Source: Alphaproteobacteria bacterium
GTDB lineage: Bacteria > Pseudomonadota > Alphaproteobacteria > RF32 > CAG-239
Direction: 5' to 3'
Assembly (NCBI GenBank): GCA_048463395.1
Contig: DBFWPL010000025.1
Span: 9,545-73,544 of the forward strand
Length of the DNA stretch: 64,000 nucleotides
Shown here: positions 20,125 through 29,778 of the stretch, one piece after another
Layout of the letters: every line of letters begins with the position of its first letter
Numbering within the stretch: the stretch's first letter is position 1
Translations under genes and position numbers: made by a program
Notes under the pieces: model-generated
Databases searched by the model: none
What the model was told of the DNA's origin: nothing
The model's input: the letters and a program-made list of their open reading frames with translations, nothing else

Positions 20125-20865
20125 CTAGAAAAGATTTCCCTGATGGTCGTCGGTCAAATAAGATATGGCTTCTTTGACAATGGGGATGGAAACGGCTCGT
20201 TTGCGGGCCAGGGAAATATGGTCGATTTCGGCGACAAGTTTGCGGGTATAGCAAAAAGAACGCTGCATATTGGCGAGAATGTAATTTACAATTTCAGGAG
20301 AAACGACAATTTGCCGGTCTGCAAACAGTTTGACTATCAGAGCGGAGAGAAGGTCGTCATCCGGTTCGCCGATTTCAATGGCGGGAACAATGTTTAATCG
20401 GGATTGCAAATCCGGCAGGTTGAGTTTAAGACGAGCAGGGGCGGTTTCCGCGGTAAAAAGGATGTATCCGCCTTCGTTGCGGTAGAGATTGTATAAATGG
20501 AACATGGCTTCCTGATTAATGTTCTCATCCAAATCTTCCACAATCAGGCATTGGTGTTTTTGAAACAGTTGGTGTATGTTTTCAAGTTTCAAGTCTTTAG
20601 CTTTGATATTCGGTATTTTATACGGATAATGTGTCAGTACGGAAACCTGATTGGAAAAAATGTTGGCCAGATGCGTTTTTCCGCAGCCGGAAGGACCATA
20701 AAGACAAATGGCAAAGAAAGGCCATTGCGGCCAGGCTTCCAGAGTTCGCACGGCTTCAATATTACAATGGGCTACCATGAAATCTTCCTTATCCAAATAA
20801 GGTTGATGTTCCAATTCCAAAGGAAGCTGCCGTATGTTATTATTTTTTGCCATATATTGTCTCAA
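20125..20865 (-). CDS. hda: DnaA regulatory inactivator Hda (HdaA)
   Basis: This is a short DnaA-domain-III paralog of 246 aa with a Walker A motif (LYGPSGCGKTHLANIF). Confidence 0.8.
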   Translation of the reverse strand: MRQYMAKNNNIRQLPLELEHQPYLDKEDFMVAHCNIEAVRTLEAWPQWPFFAICLYGPSGCGKTHLANIFSNQVSVLTHYPYKIPNIKAKDLKLENIHQLFQKHQCLIVEDLDENINQEAMFHLYNLYRNEGGYILFTAETAPARLKLNLPDLQSRLNIVPAIEIGEPDDDLLSALIVKLFADRQIVVSPEIVNYILANMQRSFCYTRKLVAEIDHISLARKRAVSIPIVKEAISYLTDDHQGNLF

Positions 20866-20867
20866 GT

Positions 20868-23531
20868 TTATTTTTTGCTATTTAAGACATCAAAAACTTT
20901 TTGAGTCAAGTCTCCAAGGCTAAACGGTTTGGCCATAAATTCAAAATTCTGACTGCCGGCGAGTTCTTTGCGGGCGATTTCTTCCGAGTAGCCGGATGCC
21001 AGAATAATTCGTATTCCCGGAATTTTTTCTTTAACAATTCCGGCCAGTTCGGCACCATTAATTCCCGGCATAACCATATCGGTAATCAGTAAGTCAAAGT
21101 CTGTCGTTTGCTCAAGTTGTTCAAGGGCGTTTTCAGCGGAGTTACAGGCAGTAACTTCATATCCTTTCTTTTTTAAGGCTCTGACGGCAAAAGTTCTGAC
21201 AGAATCCTCGTCTTCGACGAAAAGAATGTGAATGCTGGTGGTTTTGGATGAGTTGTTGTTTTCATGCGGTCGGTCGATTGCCGAAACATTTAAGCCGAAA
21301 ATAAGTTTTTGATTCATGGCGACCGGTGATGTGATTTTTTCCTGAACGGTCAGAACAGGTGTGCCGTCTTTGGCCGTAATTCGGCTTTGTTCTGCGGTGT
21401 CTTTCATGTTTTTCTCTTCGGCATCACTGTCAAAGCGAGGGAGGTGGATGGAAAAAGTGGTTCCTTTGCCGATGACGCTTTCTACTTTGATAAAACCTTC
21501 GGTTTGGCGAACAATGCCGTAAACCATGGACAAGCCTAAACCTGTTCCCGAGCCGACAACATTTTGTTTTGTGGAGAAAAACGGTTCAAAAATACGGGTG
21601 AGGTTTTCAATCGGGATGCCGCATCCGGTGTCTTTGACATCAATAACCACAAAATTTCCGGGTTTGATGATATCGGCCCCAAATTGGTATGGTTCGGTCA
21701 GTTCTTCCGTACGGGTGGTTATGTTTAAAGTGCCGCTTCCGTTCATGGCGTCTTTGGCGTTAACGGCTAAGTTGATGATAACCTGAGAAAACTGAACGGG
21801 ATCAACGCGGATGTAGCCCAAGTCATTGCCGTGGTGGAATTTTAACACAATTTGTTCGCCGAGAATACGTTTGAGCATGTGGCTTAATTCCACAAAGTTT
21901 TCGGTAACGTTAATCAGTTTGGGTTTTAAAGGTTGTTTACGTGAGAAAGCCAAAAGCTGCCGAACCAATCCGGCAGCCCGGTTAGCATTCTGTTTAATTT
22001 GGATTAAATCGGCAAAGGACGGATCGCCGACACCGTGTCTTTGCAGCAGAAGGTCGCAGAAGCCTATCATGGCGGTCAGCAGGTTATTGAAATCGTGAGC
22101 TACACCGCCGGCCAATTGTCCCATTGCCTGCATTTTTTGAGCTTGGGCAAACTGCATTTCCAGAGTTTTCTGCTGAGTGGCGTCTATCATATATAATACT
22201 AAGCCTTCCGCTTCTTCATTCGGGGAAGCGTGGAATTTTCGCATCGGATTAACGTAAAGCATGGCTATTTTATTGTCGTTGCTTTTCTTTATGCGGACAT
22301 CGGTGGAGTATGACGGTGTTTCTCCGTCAAAAACATTATAAAATTCTTTGCGGAGTTTAATATCGTCGTCCGTACCAATGTAAGAGAAGATGTTTTGATT
22401 AAGAAGCTGTGTTTTTTCAATATTAAAAAATTGTAAGAGGCTGTCATTGCATTCTTTGATTGTACCGTCCGGAGCGGTAAAAACAATTCCGACCGGAGAG
22501 TTGTTGAACAGCCAGCTTATTTTATCGGCAGCGGAGCTTAAATTTCTTTTTAAATCGGCTTCGGACGGAAGGTTTCCGACAACAACGCCGCGGTATTTAA
22601 TTTCTTTATTAGTTCTGAAACTTTCTTGAGCGGCATAGCATTCTGCAACGATGTTTTTGGCGGAAACAAGATAAATTTTGCCTTGCCAGAAAGAATTTTG
22701 TTCCGGAAGCGGGGAATTGCTGCTCAGAAATTCTTTTAAATTATGTTCGCCCAATTCTTCGCGGCTTTTGCTTAGCAATTTGGCAAAACCGTGGTTGCAA
22801 TATTCAATGTTGTATTCTTTGTCGCAGGTATAGACCCCGACCGGAAGATAATCCAGAAAGTCATGAAGGGATTTTCTTTCATCCTGAAAGATTTGCTCCA
22901 TGTTTTTAGCGGCGGTAATATCTTCAATGCTCCAGAACAGATAGGTTGATTTTTTTATTTTTTTTATTGAAAACGGCCCTTCAAATATTCCGGTCTTTTT
23001 CAGGAAAATCGGACGGACGGAAATTTCAAACCACTCTTCTTGTTTGAAGACTTTATCATCATCCGGGCTGAGCGACAGAGCCAAGGTAACTTTTTCGGGA
23101 ACTAGGTTGGCACAAGCGGTCTTGAGGCGGTAAAAAGCTGCTTTGTTGGAACGGTTTTCCGACAACAATTTTTCCAAAAAAGGCAATATCGGTTCGTTTT
23201 TGAAAAACTCTCTGGCATAATCGTTTTGGATGACAGGTTCCTGAAGAGCGTTGTCTATCCGTCGGCCTTTAAAGTCATTTTTTAAGATTTCGTTGGCAAA
23301 ACCGCCGTAGCTGATAGCTTCTTCTCCGGCGGAGATGGTTTTAATGGTCAGCGTCAGGCAAAAGACGGTCATTAATACCATTGAGATAAGCAGATAGAGA
23401 AAATACTGCGGATACAGCAAAAAAGAGATGAGCAAAACGGTCAGGCCTATTAAGGAATAAGCCAGAAAAACCAGTCTTTTTTGCAAAAGTCTGTCAGGCC
23501 TGTGGGTTTTTAAGCTGCATAACATATCCAA
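20868..23531 (-). CDS. cckA: Hybrid sensor histidine kinase/response regulator with PAS domains, CckA-like
   Basis: The protein has N-terminal TM helices, PAS repeats, a HisKA H-box (VAHDFNNLL), a HATPase_c domain and a C-terminal receiver. Its position immediately downstream of flhB matches the alphaproteobacterial fliQ-fliR-flhB-cckA synteny. It overlaps flhB by 38 nt, so the true start is probably an internal Met. Confidence 0.7.
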   Translation of the reverse strand: MDMLCSLKTHRPDRLLQKRLVFLAYSLIGLTVLLISFLLYPQYFLYLLISMVLMTVFCLTLTIKTISAGEEAISYGGFANEILKNDFKGRRIDNALQEPVIQNDYAREFFKNEPILPFLEKLLSENRSNKAAFYRLKTACANLVPEKVTLALSLSPDDDKVFKQEEWFEISVRPIFLKKTGIFEGPFSIKKIKKSTYLFWSIEDITAAKNMEQIFQDERKSLHDFLDYLPVGVYTCDKEYNIEYCNHGFAKLLSKSREELGEHNLKEFLSSNSPLPEQNSFWQGKIYLVSAKNIVAECYAAQESFRTNKEIKYRGVVVGNLPSEADLKRNLSSAADKISWLFNNSPVGIVFTAPDGTIKECNDSLLQFFNIEKTQLLNQNIFSYIGTDDDIKLRKEFYNVFDGETPSYSTDVRIKKSNDNKIAMLYVNPMRKFHASPNEEAEGLVLYMIDATQQKTLEMQFAQAQKMQAMGQLAGGVAHDFNNLLTAMIGFCDLLLQRHGVGDPSFADLIQIKQNANRAAGLVRQLLAFSRKQPLKPKLINVTENFVELSHMLKRILGEQIVLKFHHGNDLGYIRVDPVQFSQVIINLAVNAKDAMNGSGTLNITTRTEELTEPYQFGADIIKPGNFVVIDVKDTGCGIPIENLTRIFEPFFSTKQNVVGSGTGLGLSMVYGIVRQTEGFIKVESVIGKGTTFSIHLPRFDSDAEEKNMKDTAEQSRITAKDGTPVLTVQEKITSPVAMNQKLIFGLNVSAIDRPHENNNSSKTTSIHILFVEDEDSVRTFAVRALKKKGYEVTACNSAENALEQLEQTTDFDLLITDMVMPGINGAELAGIVKEKIPGIRIILASGYSEEIARKELAGSQNFEFMAKPFSLGDLTQKVFDVLNSKK

Positions 23532-24570
23532 TTACCTCGGCAACGGCTTTAAAGTGTTCTTGCGGAATGGCCTGATCCAAATCCACCGAAGCGAATAAGG
23601 CACGAGCCAATGGCGGGTTTTCAACAATAGGGACATTATTTTCTTCCGCCAATTCTCTAATGCGAAGAGCCAAATGGTCAAGACCTTTGGCAACAACGAC
23701 CGGAGCATCCATTGTTTCCATTTTATATTCCAAAGCAACGGCGTAATGGGTCGGGTTGACGATAACCACGTCGGCTTTCGGAACATTGTCCATCATGCGG
23801 TGGCGGGCTCTTTCCATACGAACCTGTCGTATTCTGGATTTAACCAGAGGGTCGCCTTCCATTTGTTTGTATTCGTCTTTGACCTCTTGTTTGGTCATGC
23901 GTAATTTCTTCAAATGGCTGTATTTCTGCCAGGCGTAGTCGGCAAGAGCTATAATCAGCACGGCAATCAGAACCGTAAATATCAATAATACGACAACTTT
24001 ATGAATAAAAGATAAAATTGCCATGGTATCCATGGTCGGCATTAAATTTATTTTCTCAAGGTAGGGGCGGATAACCAGAATACTAATGAACGTGATTACG
24101 GTAATCTTTATAATGCCTTTTAAGCTTTCCACGACTTTTTTCATATTAATAAATTTGGGAAGAGCGGCAAAAATGTTTAATTTGTTCCAATCGGGAAGGA
24201 GTTTTTTGGGAGCGTAAACAAAACCGGTTTGGGCAATACTGGCCGTTAGTCCCAGAATCATAAAAATCAGGAACGGAATGCTGAGAATTTTCAACATTCC
24301 CATAACCGTTTGTCCGAAAAGAAACTGCAAATGTTTGGGGTCGGTCGGAATGCTTTCGGGATTTTCGATGAATTTAAGCGAAAGAGTATAAAACCATTTG
24401 AACATAAGCGGTAATAACAGCCAGACGACAAACAGCATTCCCAGTAACATCAGGAAGCTTTTGGCATCCTGAGAAATCGCCACATCGCCTTCTTCTTTGG
24501 CTTTGCTGATTTTTCGTTCCGACGGTTCTTCCGTTTTGGAGGCGTCATCGTCATCTTCCGCGGCTATCAT
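23494..24570 (-). CDS. flhB: Flagellar biosynthesis protein FlhB
   Basis: The NPTH autocleavage motif (VNPTHYAVAL) is present. Length is 358 aa. Confidence 0.9.
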   Translation of the reverse strand: MIAAEDDDDASKTEEPSERKISKAKEEGDVAISQDAKSFLMLLGMLFVVWLLLPLMFKWFYTLSLKFIENPESIPTDPKHLQFLFGQTVMGMLKILSIPFLIFMILGLTASIAQTGFVYAPKKLLPDWNKLNIFAALPKFINMKKVVESLKGIIKITVITFISILVIRPYLEKINLMPTMDTMAILSFIHKVVVLLIFTVLIAVLIIALADYAWQKYSHLKKLRMTKQEVKDEYKQMEGDPLVKSRIRQVRMERARHRMMDNVPKADVVIVNPTHYAVALEYKMETMDAPVVVAKGLDHLALRIRELAEENNVPIVENPPLARALFASVDLDQAIPQEHFKAVAEVIGYVMQLKNPQA

Positions 24571-24579
24571 CCGGCACCT

Positions 24580-25335
24580 CTATTTGGCAAACTGTTCCAA
24601 GCCTTCTTCATAATACTTCATAAACCAAAGTATCATCATCGGCATGGTGATTAAAAACACGCCCAGTCCCAGATAAATTTGCAAGGGCAGGGATAAGAAG
24701 AAGATGTTTAGCTGCGGCATTAATCTGGAAACCAGTCCCATGCCGACATAAAACACTATCGTAAAAGCGATGAACGGGGATCCGATTTTAAATCCCATGA
24801 CGAAAGATTTGTTCATCGTATCGCTCAGAAAATTTGAGAAATCTTCGACCGGAAGCGGTGCACCGACACTGAAAATACGATAACTGTCGACAACGGCTTC
24901 CAACATGAGGTGGTGCAGATCCGTGATGAAAATAACGACAATAGCCAATAAACTTAAGAATGTTTCAATCACAACGGATTGGTTCATGCTGGTCGGGTCA
25001 AAAATCTGGGCATTGGAAAAACCGATGGCTTGTCCGGCGAAGTTTCCGGCCAGATTGAGTGCGGAAAAGAGTATTTGCATCAGGACACCGAAGAAAATTC
25101 CGATGGTTATTTCAAACAGGCAGATTTCTGCAAAATCCAAGAAATGCTTGGGTTGAACAGGGAGATATTCATTCAGAAAAGGCACTAAAACAAAAGTCAG
25201 AGCCAAAGCTACGGAAAGACGGTATCTCATGTTGACGTAATTTGTCATAAAGCCCGGCATTATCATAACGGCCGAGCCTATTCTTAAAAATACGAGAACA
25301 TAGCGATAAAGTTCCAGATTTAAAAGTTCTGTCAT
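24580..25335 (-). CDS. fliR: Flagellar biosynthesis protein FliR
   Basis: This is a 251-aa polytopic membrane protein of the FliR family, located between fliQ and flhB. Confidence 0.85.
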   Translation of the reverse strand: MTELLNLELYRYVLVFLRIGSAVMIMPGFMTNYVNMRYRLSVALALTFVLVPFLNEYLPVQPKHFLDFAEICLFEITIGIFFGVLMQILFSALNLAGNFAGQAIGFSNAQIFDPTSMNQSVVIETFLSLLAIVVIFITDLHHLMLEAVVDSYRIFSVGAPLPVEDFSNFLSDTMNKSFVMGFKIGSPFIAFTIVFYVGMGLVSRLMPQLNIFFLSLPLQIYLGLGVFLITMPMMILWFMKYYEEGLEQFAK

Positions 25336-25338
25336 TTG

Positions 25339-25605
25339 TTATCCGCCGCTTACGATTTTATCAAATAAAGTATCCGTAAGTATTTTCATTTGTGAAAGCA
25401 TGAACGGAAACAGCAAAATTAGAGTTACAAATACAGCCAGAATTTTAGGAACAAAGGCCAGAGTCATTTCCTGAATTTGGGTCAGAGCCTGAAAGATACC
25501 TACAATCAGACCAATAAACAAGGCTACCAGCAAAATCGGGCTGACAATCTTGATTAAGGTAAAAATCGCGTCTCGGGATATGTCTAATACTTCAACTTCA
25601 TTCAT
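25339..25605 (-). CDS. fliQ: Flagellar biosynthesis protein FliQ
   Basis: An 88-aa two-TM protein of the FliQ family. Confidence 0.85.
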   Translation of the reverse strand: MNEVEVLDISRDAIFTLIKIVSPILLVALFIGLIVGIFQALTQIQEMTLAFVPKILAVFVTLILLFPFMLSQMKILTDTLFDKIVSGG

Positions 25606-25619
25606 CTGTCTGTCTCATT

Positions 25620-26762
25620 TTATTCCAGCGGGGTTTGTTTTTCAAAATAGCGGTGGTTTTCAATTCCGGTCAAAAATGCTCCGTCGTATCCGTTGTCTAT
25701 AATTTTTTCAAAATTGCGACCCATGATTTTTTTCCATGCGTCATTCCAATATTCGGTAATTATGCTGTCATTGCTGACAAATGATATTCTCTTGAGCCAT
25801 GCCGGATTTCCGATTTTCCAGCCGAGTTTGCGAAGATATGGGTTGTTTCTGATTTCGCTGACGTTAAATAAGGCAATAATTTGTCTGCGGGTACCGTTTT
25901 TTTTGAATTTCAACCGATCAACATCTTCCTGAGTGAGAACTTCCCGGTTATGAAACAACGGATTGATAACGACAACATCGTAATTTGAATGACGGATGTC
26001 ATCAATGAAACCTTCTTTATTTTTATATTCTTTATCGTTTATCAAAAAAGAGATGTTTTGAGCGTCTTGCAGGTTATAAATATTTTTGGCGTTTTCATTA
26101 ATAACCGGTTGTCCGACAATGTGTTTGAAGGCTTCATCTTTGTTAATGAACGGATAGGTTAAACTACCCGTTGCCACGGCGTTTTCAATCGCTTTGTCAA
26201 AAGCTTTTCCGTTTCGGCAATGATCTATTGAAATAAGTTTGATTTTTTCATTGTGAATAATCGGACTTATTTTTTGCGGTTGGCAAAATTGGTTATTTAA
26301 GACAATGGCATCTATATTTTGGACATAGGGTTGTACACCGTAACCTGAGGCGGCATCTATTTCCGAAGCCGGTTGTTTTAATTTTGTCAGGAAGCTAGGA
26401 TCTTTGGCGTTTATTTCTTTTTCTCGGGCAGCATTATAGCCTTCCAAATGATGTTCCCAGAGGCTTTTGCTTAAGAGTTCTTGTCCGTCGTGGACGATGA
26501 TTTGAAAATCCTTATTTTTATTTTTTGCATAGCGGCTGAGTAAAATTAAATTATCCCGCATTTTTTCACGATAATTGATAATATGCCGCGGCGGTACTTC
26601 TATATCAAGGATGTCTTCCGCATAAGTATAAGGATTTTCCTGATTAAAACCGTATAACCCGGTATCCGCACCTGCCGGAAAGGCAAGTGCGGTTAAAATA
26701 CCGGAAATTATTAGGTTTCTATGTAATGACATCGGCTTTTTGTTTTCCTGTACGTTGAGCAA
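25620..26762 (-). CDS. Hypothetical periplasmic protein, possibly a GH114-like glycoside hydrolase domain protein
   Basis: A signal peptide begins at the internal Met (MSLHRNLIISGILTALA). No diagnostic motif was recognised. The tool ORF start overlaps the pgm 3' end. Confidence 0.45.
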   Translation of the reverse strand: MLNVQENKKPMSLHRNLIISGILTALAFPAGADTGLYGFNQENPYTYAEDILDIEVPPRHIINYREKMRDNLILLSRYAKNKNKDFQIIVHDGQELLSKSLWEHHLEGYNAAREKEINAKDPSFLTKLKQPASEIDAASGYGVQPYVQNIDAIVLNNQFCQPQKISPIIHNEKIKLISIDHCRNGKAFDKAIENAVATGSLTYPFINKDEAFKHIVGQPVINENAKNIYNLQDAQNISFLINDKEYKNKEGFIDDIRHSNYDVVVINPLFHNREVLTQEDVDRLKFKKNGTRRQIIALFNVSEIRNNPYLRKLGWKIGNPAWLKRISFVSNDSIITEYWNDAWKKIMGRNFEKIIDNGYDGAFLTGIENHRYFEKQTPLE

Positions 26763-28338
26763 TTTCAGCCGTGTTCATGGCAATTTCCAAAATACCTTTC
26801 AGCATTTGCCGAGGGTCTTCCAGAAGAGCTTGTGTTTCATACTTTTCAAGGTAAACACGCAGGGTAGCACCGCTTGATCCGGTTCCGGACAGGCGGTAAA
26901 CGATACGTGAGCCATCCTCAAAGGTAATGACCAGTCCGTTTTTGGTTGAGGAGTGATCAACCGGGTCGTTGTAAATAAACGGAGCGGCTTTGGCAACTTT
27001 ATATGTTCCGAAAATTTGTCCGTTTAAAGACGGCAGTTTTTCTTCCAAGTCAGCCATTAGTTTATCGGCGACTTCGGTGGAAATGCCTTCGAAGTCGAAA
27101 CGCATATAATAACTGCGGCCGTATTTTTTCCAGTGTTCAAGCGTAATTTCCTCAACGGATTTTCCGGTGGCGGCAATGATGTTGAGCCAGAACAGAACTG
27201 CCCAAATACCGTCTTTTTCGCGGATGTGGCTGGAACCTGTTCCGAAGCTTTCTTCTCCGCAGAAGGTAATTCTGTTGGAATCCATCAGGTTTACGAAATA
27301 TTTCCACCCGGTTGGAACTTCGTAATAGCCGATGTTGTGGGCTTTGGCCACTCTGGAAACGGCTGAAGAAGTTGCGGCTGATTTGGCAACGCCGAAGATA
27401 CCCTTTTTGTAAGCCGGAATGAGTTGATAGTTATCCGTTAAAATTGCCAAGCTGTCGCTCGGGGTAACGAAGAACTTTTTGCCCAGAATCATGTTGCGGT
27501 CGCCGTCGCCGTCATTGGCGGCTCCGAAATCCGGAGCTTTATCCGAGAACATTAGGTCAACCAATTCTTTGGCGTAAATCAGGTTCGGATCCGGATGTAA
27601 GCCGCCAAAATCAGGCAGCGGACGGAAGTTAACGACAGAACCTTTCGGTGCTCCGAGAATTTCTTCAAAAATTCTTTGGGCGTAAGGTCCGGTAACGGCG
27701 TTCATTGCATCGAATCTCATTGTAAAGCCGGATTGGAAAAGTTTTTTGATTGCCTCAAAATCAAAAATTTCCTGCATCATATTTACATAATCAACAACAG
27801 GGTCGATGATTTCAATCGTCATATCGCCGAGTTTTTGAGTGCCGATTTCAGACAGGTCAATGTCCGGAGCGTCAAAAATCTTATATTCTTTAATTTCCTT
27901 GGTATTTTGATAAATTTTATCGGTTACGCTGCTTGGAGCCTGTCCGCCGCTTTCATTGGCATATTTAATGCCGAAGTCGCCGTTTTCTCCGCCCGGATTA
28001 TGTGAAGCAGAGAGGACAAAACCGCCGTCAGCTTTGTTCTTTAAGATAATGTGAGAACCGGCCGGCGTGGAAATAAAGCCGTCTTTGCCGATAATCAGTT
28101 TAGCAACGCCGTTGGCTGCAGCCATTTTTATGATTTTTTGGATGGCAACGTCATTGTAAAAACGTCCGTCGCCGCCGACAAGGTAAACTTTTCCGCTTAA
28201 GTCTCCGATAGTGTTGAAAATACTTTGCATAAAGTTTTCGACATAATTAGGCTGCATGACGACTTTGGATTTTTTTCTTAAGCCGGCAGTACCCATTTTT
28301 TGGTCGGTATACGGGGTTGTCGCGATTGTTTTTATCAT
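26719..28338 (-). CDS. pgm: Phosphoglucomutase (alpha-D-glucose phosphate-specific)
   Basis: The N-terminus MIKTIATTPYTDQKMGTAGLRKK matches the PGM N-terminal pattern. The active-site Ser region SASHNPGG and the metal-binding motif DGDGDRN are present. The tool ORF starts at 28371, and the Met at 28338 is the preferred start. Confidence 0.9.
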   Translation of the reverse strand: MIKTIATTPYTDQKMGTAGLRKKSKVVMQPNYVENFMQSIFNTIGDLSGKVYLVGGDGRFYNDVAIQKIIKMAAANGVAKLIIGKDGFISTPAGSHIILKNKADGGFVLSASHNPGGENGDFGIKYANESGGQAPSSVTDKIYQNTKEIKEYKIFDAPDIDLSEIGTQKLGDMTIEIIDPVVDYVNMMQEIFDFEAIKKLFQSGFTMRFDAMNAVTGPYAQRIFEEILGAPKGSVVNFRPLPDFGGLHPDPNLIYAKELVDLMFSDKAPDFGAANDGDGDRNMILGKKFFVTPSDSLAILTDNYQLIPAYKKGIFGVAKSAATSSAVSRVAKAHNIGYYEVPTGWKYFVNLMDSNRITFCGEESFGTGSSHIREKDGIWAVLFWLNIIAATGKSVEEITLEHWKKYGRSYYMRFDFEGISTEVADKLMADLEEKLPSLNGQIFGTYKVAKAAPFIYNDPVDHSSTKNGLVITFEDGSRIVYRLSGTGSSGATLRVYLEKYETQALLEDPRQMLKGILEIAMNTAEIAQRTGKQKADVIT

Positions 28339-28439
28339 CAGATTTCCTTTATCTTTAATAGTGAAACGCATTGATTAATAATCTGGAGTTTATCACTTTG
28401 GTTTCTAAACTCAAGGATAAAGGTAGTTATTAATAACCA

Positions 28440-28967
28440 TTATTTTTTCAAGAGGGTTTGGCAGGCCTTATTTATCATTTTCGCAAAATAGGGATGGGTG
28501 AGATTTTGCTTAAGAGCCGTGTCCAAAAGCTGTTTTTGGCGTTTTGGCAAAGTCTCAGGGTTTTGCAGGGCGGATAAGTGTAAACCTAGGATTTTTAATG
28601 CTTGCTGCGGTGAATAGCTTGAATACAATTTGTCAAAGTTTTGTTGTTTGTTTATTTTTTTGTTGATGTGTGAAAGTGTAATTAAACTTTTTTGACCTGA
28701 GAAAAAGCGGCGAATCTGATACAGATATACAAGGTAACAGACCAAGCCAAGGCAAAGGCATCCGAACAGCCCCCGAGAGAGTGAGGTTGTGGAGATAGTC
28801 AGGCCATAGCCTGCGTAGAAAAGCATTCCCCAAGCAATGTTTAACATTGTGGTTTCGGGAATATAGAAAAAATTGCGATGAGGGTTCTGGTGAAAGATAT
28901 TTTTAAGTAAAGCCGCGGTCAGAATAACCACTGCAGCGACAAACATTAAGAAACTCAGTTCTTTCAT
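28440..28967 (-). CDS. Hypothetical membrane protein
   Basis: A 175-aa protein with 3-4 predicted TM helices and no recognisable motif. Confidence 0.5.
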   Translation of the reverse strand: MKELSFLMFVAAVVILTAALLKNIFHQNPHRNFFYIPETTMLNIAWGMLFYAGYGLTISTTSLSRGLFGCLCLGLVCYLVYLYQIRRFFSGQKSLITLSHINKKINKQQNFDKLYSSYSPQQALKILGLHLSALQNPETLPKRQKQLLDTALKQNLTHPYFAKMINKACQTLLKK

Positions 28968-28968
28968 T

Positions 28969-29778
28969 CTATTCTTTCGGGCAAATAAACTCGGCTAACG
29001 CTTGGATTTCTCTTTTGGCGGCAACGTGGGAAACGCTCATGCGGCGTTTTAAAGCTTCGTCTCTCATATCCAAAACCGTCAATCCTTCCAAGAACATTTC
29101 TTTATAGATTACCCTGTCTTTCAGACCGGTTGAGAATCTAAAACCGTAAAGTTTAGAGAGTTTTTCCAGATATTCAAATACCAAGTGTTTATTTTTTGAT
29201 TGTAATGCAGAAATTTTGTTGCCGACAACAATCCAGTTAAGGTAAGCGTGTCCCTGAGAGGCCAAATATTTTTTTACATCCCAGATATAGTTGGCGTAAT
29301 GTCCCGGTTTGCCGATTTTTTGTTCCGTAAAGTCAATCTCTGCCAAAGCGTTTAAATCAATCAAACTGTCTGAAATCGGAGTGATAAGCGTATCTGCAAA
29401 TTTGTGAGCTTCTTCAAAAAGGTAGTTCTTGTTGCCCGGTGTATCAATGATGATGGCATCATAGGATGGGATGAGTTTTTGAATCTGCAGACGCACATTG
29501 CTGCGATCCGCCGGGATTAATTCATAACTTTCCTGCGGGTAAAAACGATAATGTATCGGCATAGGCAGAGAGATTTTGTTTTTTTTGCAAAAGTTTTGGC
29601 GGTTTTCGATGTATTTGGATAATGTTCCCTGCCGACCGTCCATGTCAATCGTGGCAACGCTAAATCCTTCTTTGAGCAGTTTAACGGCCAAGTGCATGGA
29701 GATTGTAGATTTTCCCGTTCCGCCTTTTTCGTTGCTGACAACGATGATATGGGCTTTCTTGCTAATATCGTCTATCAT
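28969..29778 (-). CDS. mipZ: ParA/MinD-family ATPase, MipZ-like
   Basis: The deviant Walker A is NEKGGTGKST. The stretches IDMDGRQGT...ENR and GLKDRVIYKEMFLEGLTVLDM match Caulobacter MipZ (IDLDLRQRT...ENR; GLRDRVIYRELFPFGLTIADL). Confidence 0.75.
   Translation of the reverse strand: MIDDISKKAHIIVVSNEKGGTGKSTISMHLAVKLLKEGFSVATIDMDGRQGTLSKYIENRQNFCKKNKISLPMPIHYRFYPQESYELIPADRSNVRLQIQKLIPSYDAIIIDTPGNKNYLFEEAHKFADTLITPISDSLIDLNALAEIDFTEQKIGKPGHYANYIWDVKKYLASQGHAYLNWIVVGNKISALQSKNKHLVFEYLEKLSKLYGFRFSTGLKDRVIYKEMFLEGLTVLDMRDEALKRRMSVSHVAAKREIQALAEFICPKE

Noticed and set aside
23494-23531. 38-nt overlap between flhB and the CckA-like kinase, considered as a possible frameshift or fusion
   Set aside because: Both frames are intact and full-length. 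The overlap disappears if the kinase starts at a downstream Met, so there is no evidence of a pseudogene.
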